From: Octopus vulgaris
Taxonomy: Eukaryota
DNA length: 64,000 bases
Assembly (NCBI GenBank): GCA_951406725.2
Contig: OX597816.1
Location: 174,282,001-174,346,000, forward strand
Direction: 5' to 3'
Of the stretch, positions 11,641-25,076 are shown piece after piece. Made by a program: the position numbers and the translations under genes. The notes below the pieces were generated by a model. That model saw only the letters and a list, made by a program, of their open reading frames with translations, had not been told where the DNA came from and did no database searches. Positions within the stretch are counted from its first letter, which is position 1, and each line of letters begins with the position of its first letter.

Positions 11641-12257
11641 TAAGGACAGTTGGGTCTGTCATGAGCCATAGAACACATAAGACCAGAGCTTAATCCAGTT
11701 TCTAAGTAACTGAGATTACAACATTACCCCCTGAATGGGATCTGTCGCAGGGTTAACTTCCCAGCTATTGCTGAGCAGGCTGAAGCAATGTGAAAATAAA
11801 GTGTTTTGCTCAAGAATATAATGCACCACTCAGTCAGAGAATCAAACCATGATGTTATGATCATGAGTGCAACATCCTAAGCACTAGGCCACAAATCTTC
11901 ACATGGTGCATTTATTTGTGGCCAAATTATTGTGAAAATTGGCAATGTTGCAGGAAAGACTCAGTTTTTTTTTTTTTATGTAAATAGTCATTTGAGCTAA
12001 AAATAATAAAAATTGTGTTTATGAGTAACTAAAACTATGCACCGAAAAAAGACGAAAAGAAAGATATTAGTAACAAATTAAATTCAATTAGAAAAGACAT
12101 AGATATACAACTGCAAACAAAAAACAAAAGTTTTTCCCTGATACACACATCAATTTTAGTAGCAAATGTTACAGAATGTAAAATGATAGAGAAAAGTATT
12201 AAAGTTTTCTTCTTTACATTGGAGAGAGATCATAACTTTCTTTAAAATAAACATAAA

Positions 12258-12653
12258 CAGGCGCAGGAGTGGCTGTGTGGTAAGTAGCTTGCTAACCAAC
12301 CACATGGTTCCGGGTTCAGTCCCACTGCGTGGCATCTTGGGCAAGCGTCTTCTGCTATAGCCCCGGGCCGACCAATGCCTTGTGAGTAGATTTGGTAGAC
12401 GGAAACTGAAAGAAGCCTGTCGTATATATATATATATATGTGTGTGTGTTTGTCCCCCCCCCACCACCTAGCATTGCTTGAGAACCGATGCTGGTGTGTT
12501 TACGTCCCCGTCACTTAGCGGTTCGGCAAAAAAGAATGATAGAATAAGTACTGGGCTTACAAAGAATAAGTCCCGGGGTCGATTTGTTCGACTAAAGGCG
12601 GTGCTCCAGCATGGCCGCAGTCAAATGACTGAAACAAGTAAAAGAGTAAAAGA
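12258..12653 (+). mobile_element. tRNA-derived SINE family A, full length
   Basis: Near-identical to the reverse complement of 7821-8225. Confidence 0.92.
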
Positions 12654-12890
12654 ATAAACCATAGCAGATTGAGTCAGGCCAGATAGGGCTGAGAGATACA
12701 GGTGTTGTTGAGCAGATTTCTGTCATATATTTCAACAGATAGTGACCATCATGAATAAACGCATAGCAATAACAATATCAAATATATAAATTGTATAAAT
12801 ACATAAAAACTTGCTTCTACAAAGAGTATACATAACCTTGAAAGACCACAAAGAAAAACTTCACTGCAAAATCTTGAGTTCTATAATTTT

Positions 12891-13112
12891 TATTTCTTTA
12901 CTACCCACAAGGGGCTAAACACAGAGGGGACAAACAAAGGGATTAAGTCGATTATATCGACCCCAGTGCGTATCTGGTACTTAATTTATCGACCCCGAGA
13001 GGATGAAAGGCAAAGTCGACCTCTGCGGAATTTGAACTCGGAACATAATGACAGACGAAATACGGCTACGCATTTCGCCCGGTGTGCTAACATTTCTGCC
13101 AGCTCGCCACCT
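12891..13112 (-). mobile_element. tRNA-derived SINE family B
   Basis: Minus strand GGCGAGCTGGCAGAAATGTTAGCAC...GAGTTCAAATTCCGC...; older copies near 19790-20000, 35940-36150, 44660-46490 (cluster) and 55257-55475. Confidence 0.85.
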
Positions 13113-13659
13113 TTAGTTCTATAATAATCCTGAGTTCTGTAATAATCTTGCAAAGTATGAACTTGGTGTAGCCAGCAAACATATTCTAAACAAAATTATT
13201 CAATGACAAAATTAGGAAAGCTATCTACAATGAACAATATCATGCATTCATACATACACACACACACACATACAAACAAACGAACAAGAAAAAAATAACT
13301 TTGGCTTTGAAGTACTCTCTCAAAGAGAGAGTATTCTCTACCAAAGTGTTGTATGGGGAATCTGTTCAGCCCCATGATTGGCTAAGTGAACTATACTAGT
13401 TAGTACAAATGAGCATGTGCAGAACAGTCTGAGAAAAGTGTCATATGCTTTTTTGTGTTTTGGTAGCTGGCTGGTGAGTTTGCAGTGGATTTTTTGCATG
13501 CCATATTATTGTTAATAAACCCTTGTTGTTGAATTTGAAAAATTGTCATTTATGGACTTTGTTGACAAAATTGTTTGCCTCCCTTACTTTGGGAAGGATT
13601 ACTATTGTTTTATTGTTTTTGTGAACTGTTGTATTGTTGTGATCACGGAGGTCAATAAC

Positions 13660-15520
13660 TATGGAGAGAAAAGAAATTACGCGGAAGTTACCAATACAGT
13701 GTCCATAAATGTTAATGTGACCAGAACGGATTGGCAGGCATGTTACGGCATGTTCCGCATCTCCCCACCAAGTGAAGTAACCAACAAAAGAGACAATAGG
13801 ACATTTGCAATATTGGAGAAGACAAAATTTAAAAGTGCCTCAGACCACTTTGAAAAAATATTACATACGTGGCCTGAGGCAAAAGGTTTACCTCCATAGA
13901 TGTGCGCTTTAAAGACACTGAAACATTCAGTGACAACATTGAAAACTACAGAAGTGGCATTACTACCATCATATCTGGGACGTAAAACGTTCCGGATCAA
14001 AATCAAAGAAGTTCCACTAGAGGTAGATATACACTGGATTATTGTGGCACTCTGCTATGGCAGAGACAATAAAATCAATATTTTGCAAATCACATGCTCT
14101 GCCCCACCAAAATTGGTTGGGTCAAAACATAGAAATCCTGATTCAGGTCACTCTGATGGACCTTGAAGAAATTCCCAATCGAAAGGTAATCAGGGAAGAA
14201 GCTATTCTAAAAATACAAGTCGAGGAGGAGGAAGCTGTGCTGCTACAAGTGTGGCAAAAAAGGCCACATAAGGGAAGAGTGTGGCACCTCAAAAAAGAAG
14301 GATGACAACAAGCCGCCCCCCCTGACTACAGAAGAAACTGGAAAAACAGAAGCAAAGGAAACAAAAAAAACAAAAAGAAACCAAAAAACAGACAAAAGGG
14401 AGAAATGAACGAAGAGCCCCCACCCCTCCCCGGCAGACGACATGGAGACTGCCATAACGGAGGAGGAATTTCAAGAGGTAAAAAGGAAACCAGGTAAAAG
14501 GTAATGTGTGTTACCCATGCCCTGCCAGCTCCACACACCCACAAAAATATCAAGACCCCCACCCCCTTAACCATAAGGCCCCCACAGACACGACCATCCT
14601 GATCATATATAACAAAAAGGACACATACCGCGCAGGAGTGGCTGTGTGGTAAGTAGCTTGCTTACAAACCACATGGTTCCAGGTTCAGTCCCACTGCGTG
14701 GCATCTTGGGCAAGTGTCTTCTGCTATAGCCCTGGGCCGACCAATGCCTTGTGAGTGGATTTGGTAGACGGAAACAGAAAGAAGCCTGTCATATATATGT
14801 ATATATGTATATATATATATATATATGTATGTATGTGTCTATATGTTTGTGTCTGTGTTTGTCCCCCTTGCATTGCTTGACAACCGATGCTGGTGTGTTT
14901 ACGTCTCCATCACTTAGCGATTCAGCAAAAGAGACCGATAGAATAAGTACTGGGCTTACAAAGAATAAGTCCCAGGGTCGATTTGCTCGACTAAAGGCGG
15001 TGCTCCAGCATGGCCGCAGTCAAATGACTGAAACAAATAAAAAGAGAAAAAGAGTAATACCTGGATGGCATTATCACAAAACATCACCTGTCCAAGGTAT
15101 ATGGTGTAAGCGAGTGTGCCTGCATAGCTTTTTACATGATATAAACAATTGAAAGGGAGGAAAGGGGGGGGGTATCTTCAAATTAAGTGAGCTACCAAAG
15201 CTAATGGAGCCGCAACCCGAGAAGAAACAAAGAACGGTATGGAGAGGAAAGAAGTAGTGATACTGAGGGTAATACAGCCCACATCTCTCGGCATGAGAGG
15301 CTAAGTGCTGTGAAGGGCCGATCACAGCCGAAGAGGTCATCGAGGTACTTTCTGAATGCCCTGGGGAGAAACCGCTGGGACTTGATGGTCTGCCCTATGA
15401 GTTTTATCAAAGTATGCCAGACTTGTTCGAGCACCTATTGGCAGGAGTATGACAACTGCAGCAGAATGGGAGTATTCCCAAAGCTGTAAGCCAGAGTGTG
15501 ATGACTCTGGCCAGGGTACA
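13660..15520 (+). mobile_element. Degenerate Tx1/L1-like LINE: ORF1 with Zn knuckle plus an ORF2 fragment
   Basis: CYKCGKKGHIREEC (CX2CX4HX4C) near 14241-14282; LGLDGLPYEFY near 15375-15407. Confidence 0.7.
14629..15055 (+). mobile_element. tRNA-derived SINE family A, inserted in the Tx1/L1 remnant
   Basis: Full head, microsatellite and tail structure. Confidence 0.9.
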
Positions 15521-15823
15521 CTTAATTACTTTAACTATAACCTAAAAAGTAAGATCCATAGCATGTTTTGAAAAAGATGGATGAATGTAGTGAGAAAGTT
15601 GGTAATGGAGCCAGCTAAGCTCAGCCACCCTAAATGGAAAAAAGGAAATGTTGGTCAATAGAGCCCAAGTAAATTACATTTTTAAACATTGTTACTTGTA
15701 ATTATCAAAATTTTTAAACAATTATATTGAACTATAATTTTGTAAAAATAAAAAAGGAAAATGCACTCTTAAAAGTTTGTCCCTCTGTGTTGGGTCCTTA
15801 GTGGCCAAATAAAGAAATAAGAG

Positions 15824-16250
15824 TGTCATATGTGCAGTCATATAGTGTACAGGTCATAGTAATTATTGAATAGAGATGTTGTGGAGTGCTTGTTGAAGAT
15901 ACACAGTTGGAGAGTAATAAGAGAATATCAAGAACATTTGATATCATAACAGTGATGACGAGTAATTATATGTCATATCAGTGGCAACGAGGATACCTCC
16001 CACTCTATAATGGTGTCATTATAACAGTGGTAACAAGGTTACGAAAGCTCGGAATGGAAGAACTACTAGCTTTCATAGTGAAGCAACAACAGTTGCAGCA
16101 GCAGCAAGAATACCATGAACAGCAACAGCAACAGCAACAACAACAGCTAAACCAGCAGTTGATAATAGAGTTATTGCTAAAAATCCAAGAACACAGTGGC
16201 ATCGCATTCGGAAGAGCTGTTCATTTCAATTCCAAACCTTTTTACCAATT
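15824..16250 (+). mobile_element. Gypsy-like 5' fragment (LTR, PBS-like sites, poly-Q gag start)
   Basis: TGTCAT...ATAACA, TGGCAACGAGG PBS-like motif, then MEELLAFIVKQQQ. Confidence 0.5.
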
Positions 16251-16269
16251 CAAAAGTATATTCCCGTAA

Positions 16270-16580
16270 ACGGCAATAATTTAATTATATTGTTTGCATG
16301 CTGAGCAACAATCCACTGCAAGAGTTCAATCTCCAGATCACTAAGTGCTGGTCCTCTACCTCCACCAGTTAATCTGAGCCTCCTCTTGTCTGACATATGG
16401 ATTAACTCAGTTTCTTTTGTGCACCATTCTCTCAACTGTTTTCTATCAATACCTGTCTCTTGACGCAGCAGATAAATTGCCAGAATGTTCTTTCACTCGT
16501 TTAATGGCTCTCAATTTTTCGCTAATGGTATATCATCGTTGAATATGTTTTGATACATTTTCTCTCGACTCCATTATTGG
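16270..16580 (-). pseudogene. pogo/Tigger-like transposase N-terminal (CENP-B HTH) fragment
   Basis: RLRLTGGGRGPALSDLEIELLQWI. Confidence 0.65.
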
Positions 16581-16729
16581 GAATAAAAATCCTTTGAATT
16601 TATCTACAGACGTGGAGCAAACAGAATGCAAACAAGAACACTAATCTGTTTCAACTTGTAACCTCAAATAACTGCCCATGGATGATCTAATGGATGGGCA
16701 GATTTTCAGAAAACCCCAGTACTACCTTC

Positions 16730-18070
16730 ATTCCTCTCCAGCCTACACATATCCTCCACAGTCAAAGCCCATGTCTCACTATCATGTAACATAGCTGTTC
16801 TCACACAAGCATCATACAACCTACCTTTCACTTTAAGAGAGAGTCCTTTTGCTGCCAACAGAGGTAGCAGGTCTCTGAACTCCCTCTACCCTAATCTTAT
16901 TCTAGAAACAATACTTTCAAAACATCCACCACTGTTACTAATTTGGTACCCAAATAGCAGAAATTATCTACTATCTCAAGAGAACCTCCTAGGCATTTAA
17001 GAGAGTTTAAGTCCCTCATGCCCTTAGTATTTATTGTTCCTGTGCATCTGCCACACATGAAAGCAACCTTATCTGATAACCTTCCCATGATTCCACTGCA
17101 TCTCTTATGTGTCCATAGCTTGCACTTGGTGCAACATGTGAAATTATGTCCCACTTCTTTCCTACATATTGAGCAGGGCCATTTACCAGCCAGAATGATA
17201 GTCTTATCTCCTTTCTCACTAACAACTTTAGTCTCAGCTAAGTTAACTTCAAGTCCCTTTGATTCCAAGTTTTACTTTCAAACAAGGAACTTCTCCAATT
17301 CTGCTTCAGAATCTGCAATAGAAGCAAAACCATCAGCATATAGTAGTCCCCATGGGCATCCAGTTTCAAATGATGATGATGATGATGATTGCCTGGAGAA
17401 CTATGATGAATAAGAATGGAGTAAGAACTGATCCCTGGTGTACTCCAACTTGTGTGCTAAATTCATCACTGTATTCAAGGCCAACTCTCACCTTACTGAC
17501 AGCATCCCTGCACATGGCTTGAACAGCTCTAGCAAGCCACTTCCTTAGAGACCAACAGATAAGAGAGGGGGAACCCTGTCAAAAACTTTCTCTGGGTAGA
17601 CAAAAGTTAAGTACAATGGCTTACTTTAGGTCAAATACTTTTCCTGCAACTGTCTCACTATGAAGATGGCATCTGTGGTACTTGTCCCAGGAACAAAACC
17701 ACGCTACATCCCATCTATCTTAATTCTATCCATAATTAGTTGAGATATAACTGTCTCTGTAATTTTCATGACCTGATCCAATAATTTGATACCTCTGTAG
17801 TTGTTTCTATCTAAAACATAATCTTTACCCTTGTAGCAGCTGACTATAATACTGCTACACCAGACTTTTGGGATGACACCTTCCTGAATAACCTGATTAA
17901 CTATGCAAGTGACTAGGTTGTATCCCACACTACCTGATATTTTAATCATCTCAGTAGTGATACCTGAAGGTCCAGGGGCTTTCCTAGTCTTCATTCTCTT
18001 AATTGCCCTATCTACTTTGATGGCTGGTCCCTCAATTGGTACAATATTTGAAAGACTCTCCTTCTCCTAA
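16730..18070 (-). mobile_element. RTE LINE RT fragment with Cys/His (PHD-like) insert
   Basis: KAPGPSGITTEM, YKGK..DRNNYRGIKLLDQVMK, KWPCSICRK..CTKCKLWTHKRC and FCYLG. Confidence 0.88.
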
Positions 18071-18369
18071 TTAGAAAAATAATATTATTGCCATGGTCAC
18101 AGGTTTTGCTTTGAACTCAAAATGAATAACAGCAAAAATGAAACGAAAACATGGACTGCCAATAAAAGAAACCAATGATGAAATAAAACAAAATTTTTTT
18201 TGAAGAGGTCACATCTTTTGTACCTGCAGTTCCACATACACCCAGAAATACAAATCCACTGAAGAACAATTTGTGCCACAGAACCATTTATTCCTTCACA
18301 TGAGAAAGGCCCAACTGCTTTCTACTTGAATATGGGTTCTGTCTTGCAAGTTTACTAATTCAATGTTGT

Positions 18370-18760
18370 GTTTCACCATTTTATGGTGAAATTGGTACCA
18401 TAGTAACACAAGAATATACAAGTATGCATGTCACAGGTCACTGTAAATAGTTATTCTTGGCAGAATTGATTGTTGAATGCAATCTGCAAGTGCATCATGA
18501 TCTCAAGAGAGCACAGTGAACAGAAAAAAAAAAAAACTTCTTGAGTTTCGTGATATACACCACCAAAATATTCCACTGTTCAGGTAGCATTCAAACCCCG
18601 ATTGTTGTATTTTCTCCTCGAAAATAGTTTCATCTATTTCAACAGTTCTGCTGGGACCACTATCAATCTTCATTGGACAGCAGGGTAAATCTTCTGTGCA
18701 GTTCTCCTGTATAGTCTTCTGTAATAGTAACACCAATCCTTAATTCTTCCTTACAAAACT
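18370..18760 (-). pseudogene. Merlin (IS1595/ISXO2-like) transposase fragment
   Basis: SGPSRTVEIDETIF matches the Merlin motif GxxxxVEIDES. Confidence 0.7.
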
Positions 18761-20128
18761 AGTAGCTGTCAATTCTTTCACCCACAGCAGTATGAGTAAA
18801 TAATGTTACTGGGGCTTTCATGATAACACACTATTACGACTTCTTGCTTTGAGGACACTTGTTTAAAATTCACTGGGTAAAAATATGCAAATTTAAATGC
18901 TACTAACTTCTTTATTATACAATTTCCAAAATAATATTTGCGATATTCGTCATCAGTATGCAACACTATATCAAAAGTACATTTTTTGAAAATTTTAAAA
19001 TCAAAATTTGTGGTTGAAATAAAATGAAAAAGAACTATTTCACCTTCAAAGTGAGAAAGTGATAAGAGAAAAAATTGGCTGCAATTTTGAGTTCACTATC
19101 ACCAGCAATTTTTATTTGTCAATTTTTAGATGGATATCAATGTAGCCAATTTTTTGATGGATATCAATGTAGCTAAATATATCTTAGTGTTTAAATATCA
19201 TAAAGTATCAAAAAGCTAATAAGCATTATAATAATATTCTTGAGTTAATCTAATAAGTATGAGAGACAACCCTAGGCATGTTTTGATTTTATTCTGACTT
19301 ATTCAGTGAAACACTGTTTTCACTGTATTTGCCAACAGAATCACTCAACTGTTATTAGAAGGATATCTCTATGCTATTTCGAACAAGCTGAAGAATGTCC
19401 CTCTTTAGGATATGTAACTAGCACTTATGAACTTGGAAGACTGGATGGCATTCTTTTGATATTATGAAGTACTTCGAAAGAATGCCAATTAACACAAGGG
19501 GTCAAAACAAATGTGATAAAACATGTAATCTGGCTCTCTTTCTCTTACATTCTCTCTCTGAATATGAGGATTTCACATACTAGGTGTAATCATTTTTAAC
19601 ATTAAGCACAGGGAGGGAGAATATCTATGAATCCAACTTCTATATTGTCGATTCTGGGCAAAAGGAAGACAAAGTTGTTTTTATGGAAATTTGTAATTGC
19701 TGAGTTTCGATGCTGAATAGTGCACATGTCTCACAAGTAATTCAAAAGCATCCACCTTAATATTAACAGTAACTTCAGATACTGATTTCAAATCTTGACA
19801 CAATACCAGCGATTTTGGTGGGAGGAGATAAGTCAATTACATCAATCCCAGTGCTCAACTGGTACTTATTTTATCGACGCCAAAAGTATGAAAGGCAAAG
19901 TCAAACCTGGTGGAATTTGAACACAGAATGTAAAGTCAGAAGAAATACCGCTAAGCAGTTTTTCTGGCGCAGTAACGATTATGCCAGCTTGTCACCTTAG
20001 TAATTTCAGATAATGATATTTGTAATGGTATGGAACAGATCGACTAAATCGACAAACAATACAACTCATGCTTATTTTGTTGTCCCCAGAAAAAAGGTAA
20101 AGCAAATGACCCACATGGAATTTGAACT

Positions 20129-23100
20129 TGTAGCATACTCATTGTGCCTGCTTGGATTATCTCAGGGCTAAACATAAAAGGCCAGAAGAGACGAAACAGG
20201 CAGCCACGATGCATGTGCAAAACACAACAGCCCTTAGCAGAAGATATAAAAGGCATATAAGAGCCCGACTGACAGGATTCTTCCTCTCTTTTCCCCTCTG
20301 GGTAGTCAGCTTGCCAACTGCCCACAGCTAGGACTGCTAGCTCTCTTTCTTTATTTTAGCATCCTACAAGTGGTGTTGAGATGACACTCTCACAGTAGGT
20401 ACTTCCTGATGATATATCTGCTTGCTTTGTGTTTTTGCTTAAACTGTACATGCCAGAATGCCATAACATCTTGCAACGAATCTCCAACAAAATAAAAATC
20501 ATTACAGCTATATTTAGTGAGCGTTCATTCCTCATTTACATGCAGCCTGCATCTAATCAGCCCTTCACCAACCTAACAATGAAAACACCCGTACACCTAC
20601 TAAAGTGGTGAACCCAATGTTGGAGAAAACCAAAACATTTCTCATGTGGCAGTACAGAGCATCATAGTGACATTTCTTTCGCCAAACTCACACCCTTGGC
20701 AAGTAACAATGGCTTCACCTTCCATGGCTGCTGTTTCTCATCCACCTGTGCCTATTTACACTGGAGAAAAAGTTCCATAAATGTATTAATGATGAACAGC
20801 AAGGGAGACTGAGCCCTGTCACAACCACTAGGCAGAATGCACCAGCTTGCTGAAGGCAATTCATTAGAGAGCAGTTTTCTCAAATACTATTTTCTTCTTG
20901 TCTGCCCTTTTACATCCAAGCCATTTTCACACCCATGTGCGACTTCAATACTGTTGAACAATTGGCAACATCAGCCAATAAAATAATGGAGATAACCACT
21001 TTAACGTTACCTTCTCCTTAATACCGTAGCAGTTATAACATCCCAGGATTTTCGACACACTACAGAAAAAACTATCGAAGATTTGATAGTGCAAGTTCGC
21101 AACCTCCATAGGGAAAGGAATACAGCCCCACATGCTAGATGCCAATCCCGCTCTAGGTCTCTATTTAGGCATCAATATGTTGGCAATCAGGGATTTGTAT
21201 GTTGGTGTCATATCAATTTCAGTGCCAAGACAAGGAATTGCACACCACCTTTCTCTTATAACACCCAGGGAAACGCCTGAACAGAGCAGTAAGCACGGCT
21301 ACTGTCTCTGGTATCACTCCACCAAGTCGTGCAATATTTATCCAAGATGAAATTTCCGGAGGAGCTTCCTGATTGCTGGAAAGCAAGAATTTTACGATCT
21401 ACACTGATCACAAGTTGCTATCCTTTGCTTTGAAATACAAGCCTGATAAATTCTCACCCCGAGATACCTGTTACTTGGATTTCGTTTCCCAATTCACCAG
21501 TGATATCCAGCACGTTCCTGGAAAAGAGAATATCGCTGCTGATGCTATCGACACCATATTCTATCGACACCATATTCTCATCTGTTGAGATCAATTCGGA
21601 TATGGCAAAAGATCAAATACGAGCAGAAGACAACAAACCAGAATTCTCTCCCTTTGACCTTCAACGACTACCTGTAACAACTTGCAACTCTGAGATTCTT
21701 TGTGACATCTCCACCAATTGGCCTCGTTGACTTGTGCTCGGGAACCACAGACACCGAGTGTTTTGTGCGCTACATAACATAATACACACGGGTGTTGCTG
21801 CCACTTTGAAGCTAATTTCAACTCATTTCGTCTGGCCTAACATGAAGCGAGACATCACTGAATGGGCCAGGAACTGCCTGCCTTGCAGAAAGCGAAGGGT
21901 CACAGTCACATCAAAGCTCCGCTGGGAACATTCACCCATCCCGACGCTCATTTCCAACATATCCATATAGGCCTTCTAGGACCCTGGCCTTTGAGTCAAG
22001 GATTTACGTGCTTGTTGACGTGCACAGACCATTTCTCATGATGGCCAGAAACCATACCTGTCACAGGCATGTCATCACTAACTGCCGCTCAAACTCTTGT
22101 ATCGGGTTGGATTTCTCATTTCAGTACATGTGCAACAATTACCGACAGAGGTCAGTAATTTGAATCTCAACTTTTCTACGATCTGACAAAAATCTATCAT
22201 CCTGCCTCAAATGGATCCATCAAGCGATTTCATCGCCAGTTAAAAGCATCTTTGCATGCATATCCTGACCCACAGAAACGGACAGAATATTTCCCCGTTG
22301 TTCTTCTTGTTCTGCTGGCAAAGTAAACATTGGTTTTTCCCCAGCAGAATTGTCGTATGGACCACCTTTATCGTTAACTGGTCAAATGATCACTCCAGTT
22401 TCTTTGCATTTACCAGATTACTCAAACTATGTGGATAGTCTTAGACATTATATGGAGACTTTGCCTCCCACTAACACAAGACAGCAATTCACTAAGTCCT
22501 ATGTTCTGGCTGACATATTATCCTGGACTCACGTTTTTGTAAGGAATGATGCAGTTAGCCATCCACTAACCCCTCCACACCAAGGACCTTATCGAGTGTT
22601 ATCTCATGCAAATTCGTCACTGTTGACTATAAAGATGTGAAAGACACTGCCAGTGTAGATAGACTAGAAAAGGCCTACATAGACATGTAACAGGATCTGG
22701 AATCGGTATCACTGAAGGGGTGTCCGATCCGATCCCGTCACATTCAATTTAGTTAGATATAACAGACGAAGTCAGGTTATCTGGGAAAGACAGCAAATTG
22801 TGGTTTATTACTCGTGATGGTGTAGATCTGGTGTACGTATTTCTGAGGGGAACCGACAGCCGAATCTTTGTACTGCTTCTTGTTGGTTGGTTGAAGTGAT
22901 TCGATGTGGTTCGTTGCTAAGCCGGTGTAGAGTTCTCAGAGACTACCAAATGCACGTCTGTTCACGAGGGCTGAAAGGGCCAGAGAGAGTGAGTGAATGG
23001 ACTGTGGTTTTAGGGGTCAGTTTCGCGCACATGCGCATGGGGAAGACTTCCGGTGGCCACCCGAAAGTAGTCCCATTCTGCGCATGCGCGCTGAACCTTA

Positions 23101-23255
23101 CACAGTAGCATCACTACAGACACAACTGTTCCCACCACACACAATGCACGCACTGCCCTCACAGCAAACTTCAAATTCGCCCTCCATAACAACTAGGAGC
23201 AGACGAAAAGTGCATTGGCCAAAAACATTGACTCATACTTACTATATCTAAAGGA
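20129..23255 (+). mobile_element. Degenerate Gypsy LTR retrotransposon (LTR 20129 to about 20604, gag, RNase H, integrase; RT largely deleted)
   Basis: TGTAGC start; PBS-like TGGTGAACCC at 20606; FTIYTDHK, HVPGKENIAADA, HHCC motif H..H..FVWPNMKRDI..W...C..C, and GPY. Confidence 0.88.
22686..23102 (-). mobile_element. Probable solo LTR inserted in the Gypsy 3' region
   Basis: TGTAA...TTACA termini, CpG-rich, AATAAA on the minus strand near 22804-22809; no clean TSD. Confidence 0.65.
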
Positions 23256-23341
23256 ACATTGAATGAATTCTTTTCTTGAAATCTGATATTTTACTTTCAT
23301 TGCTTATGCATGCTATTTTCATTGTGGTGTTTGCACCTCTT

Positions 23342-23742
23342 ACTCTTTACTCTCTTTTACTTGTTTCAGTCATTTGACTGCGGCCATGCTGGAGCACCGC
23401 CTTTAATCGAGCAACTCGACCCCAGGATTTATTCTTTTGTAAGCCCAGTACTTATTCTATCGGTCTCTTTTGCCGAACCGCTAAGTGACGGGGACGTATA
23501 AACACCAGCATCGGTTGTCAAGCAATGCTAGGGGGAACAAACACAGACACACAAACACACACACGCACATATATATATATATATATATACGATGGGCTTC
23601 TTTCAGTTTCCATCTACCAAATCCATTCACAAGGCTTTGGTCGGCCCGAGGCTGTAGTAGAAGACACTTGCCCAAGGTGCCACGCAGTGGGACTGAACCC
23701 GGAACCATGTGTTTGGTAAACAAACTACTTACCACACGCCTA
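23342..23742 (-). mobile_element. tRNA-derived SINE family A
   Basis: Same structure as 7821-8225. Confidence 0.9.
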
Positions 23743-23860
23743 TTTTTATTGTCGTATTGTTACATATTACATTTCTTTTGTATCTTAAAAGCTTCTGGTA
23801 TGTTTTGCTCTGTAGATACATATTTTCTTTCATCTCTCGTTACTGCCATAACTTTACGAC

Positions 23861-25076
23861 TGTAGCAGCGCACCCGTCGTGCCTGATGTGTGTTATCTCA
23901 TTGCTAAACATAAAAGGCCCGAAAAGGTCGAAGTGGGCAGCCACCACGCATGCGCAAAACACAAACAGCCCTTAACAGAAATCGTAAAAGGCATATATAT
24001 TTCTTTACTACCCACAAGGGGCTAAACATAGAGGGTACAAACGGATTCAGTCGAGTTTATCGACCCCAGTGCATAACTGGAACTTAATTTATCGACCCCG
24101 AAAGGATGAAAGGCAAAGTCGACCTCGGCGGAATTTGAACTCAGAACGTCGTGACAGACGAAATACCTATTTCTTTATTACCCACAAGGGGCTAAACACA
24201 GAGGGGACAAACAAGGACAGACATAGGTATTAAGTCGATTACATCGACCCCAGGGCGTAACTGGTACTTAATTTATCGACCTCGAAAGGATGAAAGGCAA
24301 AGTCGACCTCGGCGGAATTTGAACTCAGAACGTCGTGACAGACGAAATACCTATTTCTTTATTACCCACAAGGGGCTAAACACAGAGGGGACAAACAAGG
24401 ACAGACATAGGTATTAAGTCGAGTTTATCGACCCCAGTGCATAACTGGTACTTAATTTATCGACCCCGAAAGGATGAAAGGCAAAGTCGACCTCGGCGGA
24501 ATTTGAACTCAAAACGTCGTGACAGACGAAATACCTATTTCTTTATTACCCACAAGGAGCTAAACACAGAGGGGACAAACAAGGACAGACATAGGTATTA
24601 AGTCGATTACATCGACCCCAGGGCGTAACTGGTACTTAATTTATCGACCCCGAAAGGATGAAAGGCAAAGTCGACCTCGGCGGAATTTGAACTCAGAACG
24701 TCGTGACAGACGAAATACCGCTAAGCATTTCGCCCGGCGTGCTAACGTTTCTGCCAGCTCGCATATAAAGAGCCCGACTGAGAGGACTTTTCCCTTTTTG
24801 CTAGGACTGCTATCTCTCTTTCTTTGCATCAGTGCCTTACACGTGGTGACGAGATCACTCTTTCATAGTAGGTACTTCCTGACGAGATATTCGCTCGCTC
24901 TGGTTTTTGCTTAAACTGTACATGCCAGAATGCCATAACATCTTGCGACGAATCTCCATCAAAATAAAAATCGTTACAGCTATATTTAGTGAGTGTTCAT
25001 TCCTCATTTACACGCAGCCCACACCTAGACAGCACTTCACCAACCTAACCATGAAAACACCCGTACACCCACTAAA
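23861..25076 (+). mobile_element. Second LTR homologous to 20129-20604, split by a SINE concatemer
   Basis: Shared blocks GCTAAACATAAAAGGCC, GAGCCCGACTGA, GCTTAAACTGTACATGCCAGAATGCC and ATGAAAACACCCGTACAC. Confidence 0.88.
23998..24760 (-). repeat. SINE family B with four tandem body units (period 184 bp)
   Basis: Units start at 23998, 24168, 24352 and 24536; one head at about 24720-24760; GCATATA on both sides. Confidence 0.92.

Noticed and set aside
15886-16269. Poly-Q host gene
   Set aside because: It follows LTR/PBS-like sequence, has no splice support and sits antisense in an intron; more likely a gag remnant.
23998-24760. Regular repeat array resembling CRISPR
   Set aside because: Whole 184-bp units repeat with no unique spacers; they are SINE bodies in a eukaryotic context with no cas genes.
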